A DNA stretch of 63,841 nt, the filler included, from an uncultured Methanosarcinales archaeon (GTDB lineage Archaea > Nanobdellota > Nanobdellia > Woesearchaeales > CAYSVS01): NCBI GenBank assembly GCA_964434475.1. It is 3 parts of 3 records of this genome, joined end to end, with 100 filler letters (N's around TTAATTAATTAA, not from the genome) between each part and the next. Parts side by side here need not be neighbours in the genome. Positions count along the whole stretch, not along the records: positions 1 to 30,792 come from CAYSVS010000011.1; 2 more parts are not named here. The stretch is one strand, 5' to 3'. The translations under genes were made by a program, and so were the position numbers. Position 1 is the stretch's first letter. Each line of letters starts with the position of its first letter. Positions 19,710 to 28,662 of this stretch are shown here, piece after piece. Below the pieces are notes generated by a model. It did not search any database. It had not been told where the DNA came from and was given only the letters and a program-made list of their open reading frames with translations.

Positions 19710-20882
19710 ATGAAATTTAATATTACTTTTAATCAAATTATTGAATATTATAATGCAAAAATATTTGATAAAACTTCTTTTTCAATTTCTTTTAAAATTA
19801 ATAACAATCAATTTGCTATTTTTTTTGACAGTGAAAACAAAAATAATTTAACACTTTTTTGGATTGATCGTTTACATAAAATTGATCTTTTATGCTTTTT
19901 TTTAATTGTTGAGAATACCTGGGATATTGAATATTTAAAAAAACTTAACAATCAAATTAAATTAATAGAAACAGATAAATTAACATTTGATGATCATATT
20001 TCAATTGATGATTTTTTAAAACATATTGTATCATTAACATCTATTGATTTGGATGATGAAAATGATGAAATAAATTTAAATTTATTTAATACCAATGAAT
20101 TTAAAGATAAAATTTTTCAACATTATAATACCAATGAATATTCATTGCCTTTGAAATTAAATGATGAAATTATTAATTTTTATGATTTCGATATTAATTC
20201 TGATAATGCTAAATTGCGTTATAATAATTATGACGGATATTGGAGCTCAATTAAAAATGAATCGAATAGAGAAGTTTTCGTTTGTTTTAATCCGTTATCA
20301 TCTATTCATTTCTTTTCAAAGGTCTTTACTTCTCATTATTTAATTTTTATTATTAATCAACATTTTAGTATAAAAACTATTGAAGGCATTTTTAATAAAC
20401 TTGATAAATTTCGTTTAATAAATAAAAATTTTACACTTATTTATCATAACAATATTTTTGAATTATTTTCTTTAATTAAATTTCTTCTTTTTTATGCTCA
20501 AAAATATATTCCTTTTTCATTTATATTAGAACACCAGGAATCTTTTAATACAATTTTTTTTCGTGTTAATATTTCATCATCAAAAAATAAAATAATTGAT
20601 TTTATAAAATCTTTTAATAATTTAAATAGTAAATTAATTAATAAATATAAATCACTACTTGAAACATCTCCAAATTTTAATGAAATATTACCTTTTTTTA
20701 ATTTTAATTTTTCAAACTATAAAACAGATAATATAAATTTTTTAGAACTTAAGATACCTTATAAAAAAGAACATTTAATTATTTTTTATGATTCTTTAAT
20801 TGATTTTTTTGAATTTGAAAATTTTATTTTATTAAATTCTGACGAAACTGATGATATAGATAATAAAAATACAACCCTTTAA
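19710..20882 (+). CDS. Hypothetical protein, possibly degenerate TOPRIM-like
   Basis: 390 aa ORF between coupling protein and primase. Confidence 0.5.
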   Translation: MKFNITFNQIIEYYNAKIFDKTSFSISFKINNNQFAIFFDSENKNNLTLFWIDRLHKIDLLCFFLIVENTWDIEYLKKLNNQIKLIETDKLTFDDHISIDDFLKHIVSLTSIDLDDENDEINLNLFNTNEFKDKIFQHYNTNEYSLPLKLNDEIINFYDFDINSDNAKLRYNNYDGYWSSIKNESNREVFVCFNPLSSIHFFSKVFTSHYLIFIINQHFSIKTIEGIFNKLDKFRLINKNFTLIYHNNIFELFSLIKFLLFYAQKYIPFSFILEHQESFNTIFFRVNISSSKNKIIDFIKSFNNLNSKLINKYKSLLETSPNFNEILPFFNFNFSNYKTDNINFLELKIPYKKEHLIIFYDSLIDFFEFENFILLNSDETDDIDNKNTTL

Positions 20883-20893
20883 AATTTATCGCC

Positions 20894-22228
20894 ATGAAAA
20901 AAAAATATGAACCTTTAGACAAGTATAAGATAGATATTAATTTGGCAGAATTTATGATTTTACATGGTTTTTATGAAACTAAAAAAAAATCAACAAAAAA
21001 TCAACCAAGACTAAAAGACCCAATTACCGACTTTGTATATGTTGTTAAAAGAAATGATAAAGGACATTATACTTACTGGTCTCCTGATTATGAAATTGCA
21101 CCTAATAATGATAAAAGTCCAACAATTATTGATTTTGTTGAAGAAAGATATAATGAACCCGGTCAAAGAAAATTAACTTTAGGCCATGTAAGAAAAATTC
21201 TTGATAAATACATGAATAGTAAAAATTATATTCCACCTAAAAAAAGTAAATATAATATACCTGTTGGTGAAAAAATTAATCCTGGTATTATTAATACTCA
21301 ATATAATCAATTATTAAATTTTACTGATCGAACATTTTTACATAATCGTAAAATTAAAGATAAAATTATAGATCATCCATATTTTAAACCAATTATAAAA
21401 AATAAAAAATATGTTGATGATACTCGAAATGAAACCTATATTAATACAGTTTTCACAATGGCTGATCACGAAAGAATAAAAGCTATTTCTATTAAAAACG
21501 AAAAATTTTCTGGTTGTATTGGAAATAAAGCTTCATCTTTTTGTGCCAGTTATAATCGATCACGTAATCTTGATCAATTATATTTAACAGAAAGTATGAT
21601 TGATGGAATGAGTCATTTTCAATTAAATTTTGAAAAATTAAAAAATAAATCTGTAAGATATTTATCTTCGGAAGGAACATTAACAAATGAACAAATTCAT
21701 TTATTATCAAAATCTATAAATATTCAAAAACCTAAAGAACTTATTTTAATTAACGATAATGATTTAAGTGGTAAAATTTTTAATTTGAAAACAATTTGTC
21801 AGCTTGATAATAATATTATTCCTTTATCTGATAAACCATTTTTAAATTCAGCTAAAATTGATTTACATAGAACTGATAAATATAATTGTTATTTAGATAT
21901 TTCTTTTTCTCATAAAAATAAAGTTTTTGGAATACAAAACATTGCTTTACTTTCTGAATATGTTAATAATTTAAATAAAACATTTTCAAATTATACAGTT
22001 GAAGGAAAACCGTTTGAATTGCATATTAATAAAATATCAGATACTTTATCAAATGCACGTATTTATTTTCCTGCTAAAAATCTACATTTAGATGAATTGT
22101 TTAATTTCATTCATAAATACCGATATAATGAACACTCTTTTTTTAAAATAGAAGTACCAAAACTTAAAGATTTTAATGATGATTTAAAAAATATCAATAC
22201 TAATTCCAAAAAAGAAATACTTCGCTGA
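20894..22228 (+). CDS. TOPRIM-domain primase (DUF3991-like)
   Basis: TIIDFV, LYLTESMIDGMSH, INDNDLSG, KDFNDDL. Confidence 0.8.
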   Translation: MKKKYEPLDKYKIDINLAEFMILHGFYETKKKSTKNQPRLKDPITDFVYVVKRNDKGHYTYWSPDYEIAPNNDKSPTIIDFVEERYNEPGQRKLTLGHVRKILDKYMNSKNYIPPKKSKYNIPVGEKINPGIINTQYNQLLNFTDRTFLHNRKIKDKIIDHPYFKPIIKNKKYVDDTRNETYINTVFTMADHERIKAISIKNEKFSGCIGNKASSFCASYNRSRNLDQLYLTESMIDGMSHFQLNFEKLKNKSVRYLSSEGTLTNEQIHLLSKSINIQKPKELILINDNDLSGKIFNLKTICQLDNNIIPLSDKPFLNSAKIDLHRTDKYNCYLDISFSHKNKVFGIQNIALLSEYVNNLNKTFSNYTVEGKPFELHINKISDTLSNARIYFPAKNLHLDELFNFIHKYRYNEHSFFKIEVPKLKDFNDDLKNINTNSKKEILR

Positions 22229-22232
22229 AAAC

Positions 22233-22261
22233 AAAAAAAAGGGTTTTAGGCCCTTTTTTTT
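22233..22261. terminator. Bidirectional terminator
   Basis: A8-GGG..CCC-T8 between convergent genes. Confidence 0.55.
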
Positions 22262-22286
22262 ATCTTTATTATATTTTATGGAACAA

Positions 22287-23441
22287 TTATCTTTCCATGC
22301 CTTTTTTTGCTTTTTGTTTCGGCTCTTTAATTTTTTCCTTAGATTCTTTTGCTTTTTGTTTTGGCTCTTTTGTTTTTTGTTTTTCTTTAAGTTCATTTAT
22401 ATTATTTATGAATGAACCGGCTTTTTTAAAGCTTCCAATATCATACCATTTGTTTTTATAAATAAAATTAATTGCCCCATCTTTTTTAGCCATATTAATA
22501 CCATTATTTTTTAATGACTCTTCAAATTTTTCAAATGTTTTAGGCTTCCTGGTAAATGCTTCATCAATTAATTTTTCTACTTCAACCGACCTTTGTTTTT
22601 CCATATCCCACCCATTACCAACATATTCTTTTGTTGCTTTTTGATGATCATAAAATGATACAGTTAATTCATTTTCTTTGTCTTTTTTAGGAGCAATTTC
22701 TAATACAATATGCTCTTTGTCCGGATTGCTATTTAATAATTTTTCAATATTATTATTTCCATCCTTGTCTTTTTCGGGAATGGATATATTTATTAAATTA
22801 TTATCATCATTGTAAACTGAACGATAAACAAAGGCATTACCCCGAATATTTTCCTGAACAGATAAATTTAAATATCCTTGTTTTGTTAGTTGAGTTTTGC
22901 TTATTTTTTTCTTTTCTAAAAATAAACGCTTAATTTTAAATTTGTTACCATCTTTATCTTCTAACTCAACATCTTTTGCCGAACCAACAATAAAATACCG
23001 ATTTTGAGCTTCTTTTGACCAGGCTTTGGCACCTTTTATATAATCGGTTTCTTTAGTATCACTATTTACCATAGTTTTTATATGATAATCTGCTTTATCA
23101 GCAGTAACAGATTGTTCTTTTTTAGGAGAAGCATATATGATGGTATTTCCTTTTTCATCGGCGCCATATTCTAATAAATTCTTTTTTGGAATATTAATAA
23201 ATAAATCAGCATTGAAATTAGGCTTTTTTGTTTCATCATACGTATTTTGATAAACGGTATGAGTAAATTCTTCTTTATTTTCACTCAATTCTTTTCTTTT
23301 AGATACAGATATCTTAATTATATCACTATCTATTTTTTGAATTTCATCCGCATTTAAAGAAATTCTGTAACCGGGATTACTATTTTCAAATTCTTGATTT
23401 TCCCATGCTACGCCTAAATAATTTGCTTTTTCTGTTTTCAT
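22287..23441 (-). CDS. Hypothetical plasmid protein with internal repeats
   Basis: 384 aa; recurring Y(L/I/V)G.(A/G)W units; Lys-rich tail ending KGMER, typical of mobilization proteins. Confidence 0.65.
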   Translation of the reverse strand: MKTEKANYLGVAWENQEFENSNPGYRISLNADEIQKIDSDIIKISVSKRKELSENKEEFTHTVYQNTYDETKKPNFNADLFINIPKKNLLEYGADEKGNTIIYASPKKEQSVTADKADYHIKTMVNSDTKETDYIKGAKAWSKEAQNRYFIVGSAKDVELEDKDGNKFKIKRLFLEKKKISKTQLTKQGYLNLSVQENIRGNAFVYRSVYNDDNNLINISIPEKDKDGNNNIEKLLNSNPDKEHIVLEIAPKKDKENELTVSFYDHQKATKEYVGNGWDMEKQRSVEVEKLIDEAFTRKPKTFEKFEESLKNNGINMAKKDGAINFIYKNKWYDIGSFKKAGSFINNINELKEKQKTKEPKQKAKESKEKIKEPKQKAKKGMER

Positions 23442-23571
23442 AACGATAAATTTTAAAGGTTTGTTATTAATTAATTTATTATCAATGATAAAAATATATA
23501 ATATTCATTGATTAGACAAATGTTGATAATAAAAAATTATATTATTGTTTTTTCAGGAAAGTTAAATATTA

Positions 23572-23739
23572 ATATTATTTATCTATATTTTCAGGATTAT
23601 GTAAAATTAGAGTAATCATTAAAAGTAACAGCTTCATATTTTGTCTATCTATATTTTTAAGGTTATGCAAAACGATGTTCAATTCTAATTGTTCATCTTT
23701 TTCATTTTGTCTACCTGTATTTTCAAGGTTATGCAAAAC
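23572..23739 (-). CRISPR. CRISPR mini-array B (3 repeats, 2 spacers)
   Basis: 36-nt repeats at 23704-23739, 23638-23673 and 23572-23607 (degenerate); spacers exactly 30 nt. Confidence 0.8.
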
Positions 23740-23851
23740 CTATAACCTTTAATTTTTTTATTAAAAGGTAGTTGCCGAGTAAATAAGCTAATATTTCTCA
23801 GCTTAGGGTGCAAAACCACCCCTTTTATTATTAATTTTTTTCAAAGAACTT
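23740..23851 (-). ncRNA. tracrRNA/omegaRNA-like scaffold, copy B, with boxA-like motif
   Basis: 112-bp near-identical copy of 24471-24582; two hairpins and an anti-repeat. Confidence 0.65.
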
Positions 23852-24172
23852 TTATATAGTTTTTTTTAATTCTTCTGTTAAATAATTTAACATTTCATTT
23901 TTATCTTTAAAATTAACAGGAAACCAAATAAGTAAATTTTCATATTCATCTTCAATTTTTCCAATATCAATAAACCGAACTATTTCCACAAGCTCGTTTT
24001 TTTTATAAATATTTACAAATTTATTTACAATACACATTTTTGTTTCAAGCTCCATTAAATATGAATTTATATCTTCAATATCTAAATCTTGCCATAAATG
24101 TATAAATAAATAATTACTATATTTTTGATACTCCAAAAATAATTCTAACTCAATTTTATTCCAATAATACAT
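23852..24172 (-). CDS. Small acidic hypothetical protein between the two arrays
   Basis: 106 aa; stop codon abuts scaffold copy B. Confidence 0.6.
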   Translation of the reverse strand: MYYWNKIELELFLEYQKYSNYLFIHLWQDLDIEDINSYLMELETKMCIVNKFVNIYKKNELVEIVRFIDIGKIEDEYENLLIWFPVNFKDKNEMLNYLTEELKKTI

Positions 24173-24237
24173 TAATTACATTTTTTCAAATTTATACATA
24201 ACCTTTTATTTGTATGCTAATAATAAGTTCTTCCTGA

Positions 24238-24470
24238 ATTTTGTCTACCTTTTTTTAAGAACATACAAAATTTAATTCTAATAAAAAATATCAAGCAGGG
24301 AGATTTTGTCTACCTATATTTTTAAAGTTATATAAAACCAAATCTTTTTAAAAGTTTATAAATATTCAGTTTTGTCTACCTTTATTTTCAAGGTTATACA
24401 AAACTATGGATATGATCAAGAAAGGTGAAGGTAAGTTTTGTCTACCTTTATTTTCAAGGTTATACAAAAC
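24238..24470 (-). CRISPR. CRISPR mini-array A (4 repeats, 3 spacers)
   Basis: Identical 36-mers GTTTTGTCTACCTTTATTTTCAAGGTTATACAAAAC (+ strand) at 24369-24404 and 24435-24470; degenerate copies at 24303-24338 and 24238-24271; spacers 30, 30, 31 nt. Confidence 0.88.
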
Positions 24471-24582
24471 CTATAACCTTTTGTTTCTTTATTAAAAGGT
24501 AGTTGCCGAGTAAATAAACTAATATTTCTCAGCTTAGGGTGCAAAACCACCCCTTTTATTTTTTAATTTTTTCAAAGAACTT
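24471..24582 (-). ncRNA. tracrRNA/omegaRNA-like scaffold, copy A, with boxA-like motif
   Basis: Minus strand: GTTCTTTGAAA; GGGTG-GTTTTG-CACCC; GCTGAG..CTCGGC; CTACCTTT..AAGGTTATA complementary to the repeat. Confidence 0.65.
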
Positions 24583-25119
24583 TTATTTTATATCTAATTC
24601 TTCATCCAATTTTAACCTACTCATATTTATAGCATGATTTAAATCAGGGTCAGTATTTAATCCACATGAAGAACATTTAAATATTTCCGAATTTACTCTG
24701 TTTTCTTCTTTTTTTCTATCACGTTCACTTTTAAAATCTTCAAATTCTGAAATTTTATATTTCAATTTCCACATATCAAAGAAATGTGTTATTATTCCAA
24801 CAAAATATTCATATAAATTTCTTTCTATTTCTAAATCTATTTCCCAAATCTTTTTTTCTTCTTTAGGTCTATAATTATCATATTGTTTTCCCTGATAAAA
24901 GGAATAATGTTGTTGACTGTATATGCTTAATCGTTCATTAAATTCCCATACTTTTTTATAATCCATTTGTTCACTATATTCACAATCTATATGAAATCTT
25001 AAATAGTGTCTACCAAATTGGGTGATTGGTTTTGTAAAAACGTTAATTTTTGTTATAAATTCCTTATTTTCTTGAATCCACCCAAGATGTTTAAATGTAA
25101 AATCTGCTAAATTTCTCAT
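24583..25119 (-). CDS. Chimeric protein ending in a Cas12f/TnpB-like Zn-ribbon half and RuvC-III
   Basis: C-terminal ENRVNSEIFKCSSCGLNTDPDLNHAINM fits the TnpB/Cas12f pattern NR.....F.C..CG...dAD.NAA.NI; no RuvC-I/II seen. Confidence 0.65.
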   Translation of the reverse strand: MRNLADFTFKHLGWIQENKEFITKINVFTKPITQFGRHYLRFHIDCEYSEQMDYKKVWEFNERLSIYSQQHYSFYQGKQYDNYRPKEEKKIWEIDLEIERNLYEYFVGIITHFFDMWKLKYKISEFEDFKSERDRKKEENRVNSEIFKCSSCGLNTDPDLNHAINMSRLKLDEELDIK

Positions 25120-25129
25120 AATATATTTA

Positions 25130-25777
25130 TTATATTTTTTTAGTATGAGTTTTAAAAGTTACTTCATCAATGGAATATATATAATAATTTATATTTTCAT
25201 CATAATCGATAAATTCAAATACTCCATTCTGCATTTCACACAATGTATCTTTACCGTTACTAATAATATCTCCAACTAATTCTATTTTTACAGCTTCATA
25301 TTCAATTTTCGCCAAAGCAACAATAGCACAACCATATAAAAAAGGATTGGTATTTTCTAAATATTCATAAAATTTTGCTGAACCACTATTCTCTTTTATT
25401 TGTAATGCAATTAATAATTCCTGTTTATTTTCTAAATTAATAATACGCTTTAGCTCATTTTTAATTATTTCATTTTTTATTAAATTTGATGTTCTATAAA
25501 CTCTAAATAACTCAATAATGTAATCTGAATCTTCATCCCTTGCATCTGCTATTTCTTCCCATATATAAGATGGAACTTCAATTCCTGCAAAATACGGATC
25601 ATTTAATATTGCATCAACATAATTTTCAATACTACTATCATCACAAACAATAAAGTATTTTCCATTATAATTAACATAAAGTGATATCTCATCTTTAATC
25701 CAATGAGATTGATAATCACTAACCTTACAATTATATTTATTTTCAAATATTCTTTTAAATTCAGTTGATTTATTCAT
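25130..25777 (-). CDS. Acidic hypothetical protein
   Basis: 215 aa ORF in minus-strand operon. Confidence 0.6.
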   Translation of the reverse strand: MNKSTEFKRIFENKYNCKVSDYQSHWIKDEISLYVNYNGKYFIVCDDSSIENYVDAILNDPYFAGIEVPSYIWEEIADARDEDSDYIIELFRVYRTSNLIKNEIIKNELKRIINLENKQELLIALQIKENSGSAKFYEYLENTNPFLYGCAIVALAKIEYEAVKIELVGDIISNGKDTLCEMQNGVFEFIDYDENINYYIYSIDEVTFKTHTKKI

Positions 25778-25783
25778 AATTAG

Positions 25784-25999
25784 TTATTTTTTATTTTGTT
25801 CGTAATTTTTTAATACTTCACCCAAAGAATTATAAAACTTCTTAAGGTACCTATATATTTCAGGTTTCCATTTTTCGGATAATTCCTGTTTATTATTTTC
25901 TGAAAAACTTTTTCTTAAAGAATCCACAGGAATTTTCATTTCCTTTTCAAGTCCTTTTAGTCGAAAAATGGATTTATATTCTTTTATCCAGTTAAGCAT
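25784..25999 (-). CDS. Small HTH-like protein
   Basis: LKGLEKEMKIPVDSLRK. Confidence 0.5.
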   Translation of the reverse strand: MLNWIKEYKSIFRLKGLEKEMKIPVDSLRKSFSENNKQELSEKWKPEIYRYLKKFYNSLGEVLKNYEQNKK

Positions 26000-26498
26000 T
26001 TTTTCTTCTTATTATACTTAATAACATATTTCTTTCAGCAATTAAATTTGATGTTTGTCTTACTGCTTTTTTTACAATTTCAATTTTATTGTTTTCCATT
26101 AAATATAACAATCCCCAATTACCAGGTATCTCATTTTCTTTTATAAGACCATCAGGACAACAATAAAATCTTAACTCGCCAACTCCCTTTTCAGAATTAT
26201 TTCTGAAAGGTTTTTTACTATCTTGTAAAAAATCACTACGACTTACTTTAACTTCAATCATAACACTATATGCACTATTCCAACCTATCACATCAGGAGT
26301 TTCATTTTCTACCGTAACCATATCAACAGCAATAATAGAACAGTTTGGAACTTTGATGTTTCTTTCGTGCCTTTTAAGCCATTTTAAAGCTTTTAAACAC
26401 AAATTATCATGCTCCTTTCTATCGACCTTCCTTTTTTGCTTTTTTGGTTCTTTTTGAAGTTCTTTTGCCTTATCAACTCTTATTCCCTTTACTCCCAT
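25992..26498 (-). CDS. PD-(D/E)XK nuclease-fold protein (MmcB-like)
   Basis: E.PDVIGW...IEVKVSRSDFLQD.KK...RFYCCP.GLI...E.P..WGLL. Confidence 0.7.
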   Translation of the reverse strand: MGVKGIRVDKAKELQKEPKKQKRKVDRKEHDNLCLKALKWLKRHERNIKVPNCSIIAVDMVTVENETPDVIGWNSAYSVMIEVKVSRSDFLQDSKKPFRNNSEKGVGELRFYCCPDGLIKENEIPGNWGLLYLMENNKIEIVKKAVRQTSNLIAERNMLLSIIRRKNA

Positions 26499-26514
26499 TT
26501 TACAATTTTAAATA

Positions 26515-27489
26515 TTACATTTCAAAAGAATTGTTATCTAAAATATCTTTTATTGATAATATATTTTTAACATTAGAAAAATCTTTAGATATTTTATTTA
26601 ATTTTTGTTTTACAGATTCTAATGATTCAATTTTTATATCAATAGTTCCATCGGGATTAACCCAACCACCATATACATATTCTACATCTTTATCAATTGT
26701 TATTGTTTTATTAAAACTAACTACACCTGAATAATAAGGATGATTTTTTTCTCTTTTTTTAGGATTTTTTTCCAATTTAAACTGAATAACATCTTCATTA
26801 ATTTTATTACCAGGTGATTTAGTATATTTTATATTTTTAGGTTTAGGACCTAAACATAAACGACTAAATAATTCTCTTTTAAAATCAAACTTTATAACAG
26901 TTTTATCTAAACGCTTAACATCAATTAACCCCTTGTCATGTAATATATTTACTTTATTCCATATTCTTTTATTTTTAGAATTACCTTTAAATACTTTATC
27001 ATAAATTAATTTTTTATCGCCTAATTCTACTATTTTATAAAGTATATCAAATGTAGTATCATCTAATTCTTTCCAAAGCTGATTTTCTAAAGCATATTGC
27101 ATTAATTCTTTTCTTTTTAATTCTGCTTTTGTATATTTTACATTAATAGAATTATCTGAATTATTATTTTTTCTTTCACAATCAATACAAAGATCATTCA
27201 TACTTAACTTTTCAAAAAAATTTTGTTGAGAAAAAGCATTTCTAATAATATTGTTACCACAAGAAGTGCATATCCCTACTATAATTTCAGCCCTTGATTG
27301 ATTTACAATTATTTTATCTAATTGCTGATAATTAATATTGTATATCTTACATATTTCTTTTGGAGTTTTTAAAAATGAATTATTTTTAATTTTCCAATAC
27401 TCTTTTATTAGCTTATGATTTACACTAGAAACAGAATTTATTATAATCTTAAATTCATATTTCTTTTTATTATAAATAATTTGTGCCAT
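26515..27489 (-). CDS. Hypothetical protein with Zn-finger and winged-helix-like region
   Basis: CTSC...CIDC; IWNKVNILHDKGLI. Confidence 0.6.
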   Translation of the reverse strand: MAQIIYNKKKYEFKIIINSVSSVNHKLIKEYWKIKNNSFLKTPKEICKIYNINYQQLDKIIVNQSRAEIIVGICTSCGNNIIRNAFSQQNFFEKLSMNDLCIDCERKNNNSDNSINVKYTKAELKRKELMQYALENQLWKELDDTTFDILYKIVELGDKKLIYDKVFKGNSKNKRIWNKVNILHDKGLIDVKRLDKTVIKFDFKRELFSRLCLGPKPKNIKYTKSPGNKINEDVIQFKLEKNPKKREKNHPYYSGVVSFNKTITIDKDVEYVYGGWVNPDGTIDIKIESLESVKQKLNKISKDFSNVKNILSIKDILDNNSFEM

Positions 27490-27879
27490 AAAATAATTAA
27501 TTTATTACATTAATTTTTATCCGTTTTCAAGGGTAAATATAAAATAAATATTTTTATTATCCGCATATACGGATATTTTTTTTAATTTAAAATCATTCTA
27601 TTTGAAAATTTTTTTTGATATGTGAAAATTGAAATAGAAAATTTCTTAGAAGAAAACTAAACACACTTTCCGTAAGTTGAAAAATATAATTATAAAATTT
27701 TTCCTTTGCTATCCCTGAAACAGTCTACTGTTTTAATTTTAGTCCCGGACTAAAATTTATTTATTCACCAGGTATTCACTTAGTCCTTTTTGGAAACTTT
27801 TTTTAGTATAGTTCTTATTATTGTTGTAATAGCTTAGTTTTATATTCTTATGCCTGTTTCCATAATGCGGATATCCCGA

Positions 27880-28473
27880 TTATTCGGAAACTTCATTACC
27901 TTTAAATTCTAATCCTTCATATCTTAAATAACGGTAAAGTGTTGCTTTACTTCTTATTCCAACAGTTTTCATAATATCCTTTATAGATTCTCCTTTGTTG
28001 TATAATGTCAAAGCAGCAGCAGACTTATTTTTAGCTTCTTTTGATAAACCTTTCGGTCTACCGCCTTTTCTCCCCTTTTTTCTTGCAGATTCTAACCCTG
28101 CTATTGTTCGTTCTCTTATAATTTCTCTTTCGTGTTCAGCTAACGCAGAAAATATTGAAAAAACTAATTTACCGTTTGGAGTACTGGTGTCGATCAGGCT
28201 GTCATTTAAACTTTTGAATTTTATACCTTTTTCATTAAACTCGTTAATCAGTTTAATTAATTCCAGAGTAGTTCTACCGAGCCTATCCAGTTTCCAAACA
28301 ATAACCATATCACCTTTCCTTAACTGATTAATCAGATTTATCAGTTCTTTGCGTTCTTTTCGTGTAGACGCTTTTTCTTCAAATATTTTTTCACATCCTG
28401 CTTCCTGAAGAGCTTCCTTTTGAACTTCCAAATTCTGATGATTGGTACTTACCCTTGCATAACCTATTTTCAT
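27880..28473 (-). CDS. Serine resolvase/invertase
   Basis: GYARVST, VWKLDRLGR, ERT..GL..AR..GR.GGRP, C-terminal HTH. Confidence 0.95.
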   Translation of the reverse strand: MKIGYARVSTNHQNLEVQKEALQEAGCEKIFEEKASTRKERKELINLINQLRKGDMVIVWKLDRLGRTTLELIKLINEFNEKGIKFKSLNDSLIDTSTPNGKLVFSIFSALAEHEREIIRERTIAGLESARKKGRKGGRPKGLSKEAKNKSAAALTLYNKGESIKDIMKTVGIRSKATLYRYLRYEGLEFKGNEVSE

Positions 28474-28662
28474 ACTTTACCACTTAATATTATCATAATC
28501 GAGATTATCATCATTCAGTTCCAAATAATATTTATAAATTTTTTCCATTCACCCGGTCTTAATGATTGACCTGATAAATAGAGTAATGCTCTTATATTAA
28601 CATTACTTGTTATATCAAACATAACTTTCAATTCTTGCAGTTTTAATTTATTATTATTTATT

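Noticed and set aside
23608..24434. Self-targeting spacers
   Set aside because: Only short (about 10 nt) matches elsewhere in the window by eye; the search was not exhaustive
23572..24470. Orphan type VI-B or type II array read on the plus strand
   Set aside because: The 36/30 geometry and hairpin repeat do recall Bacteroidota Cas13b repeats (from memory), but the boxA-like motif, U-G wobble, anti-repeat, pseudoknot complementarity and Cas12f-like relic all point to the minus strand; disfavoured, not excluded
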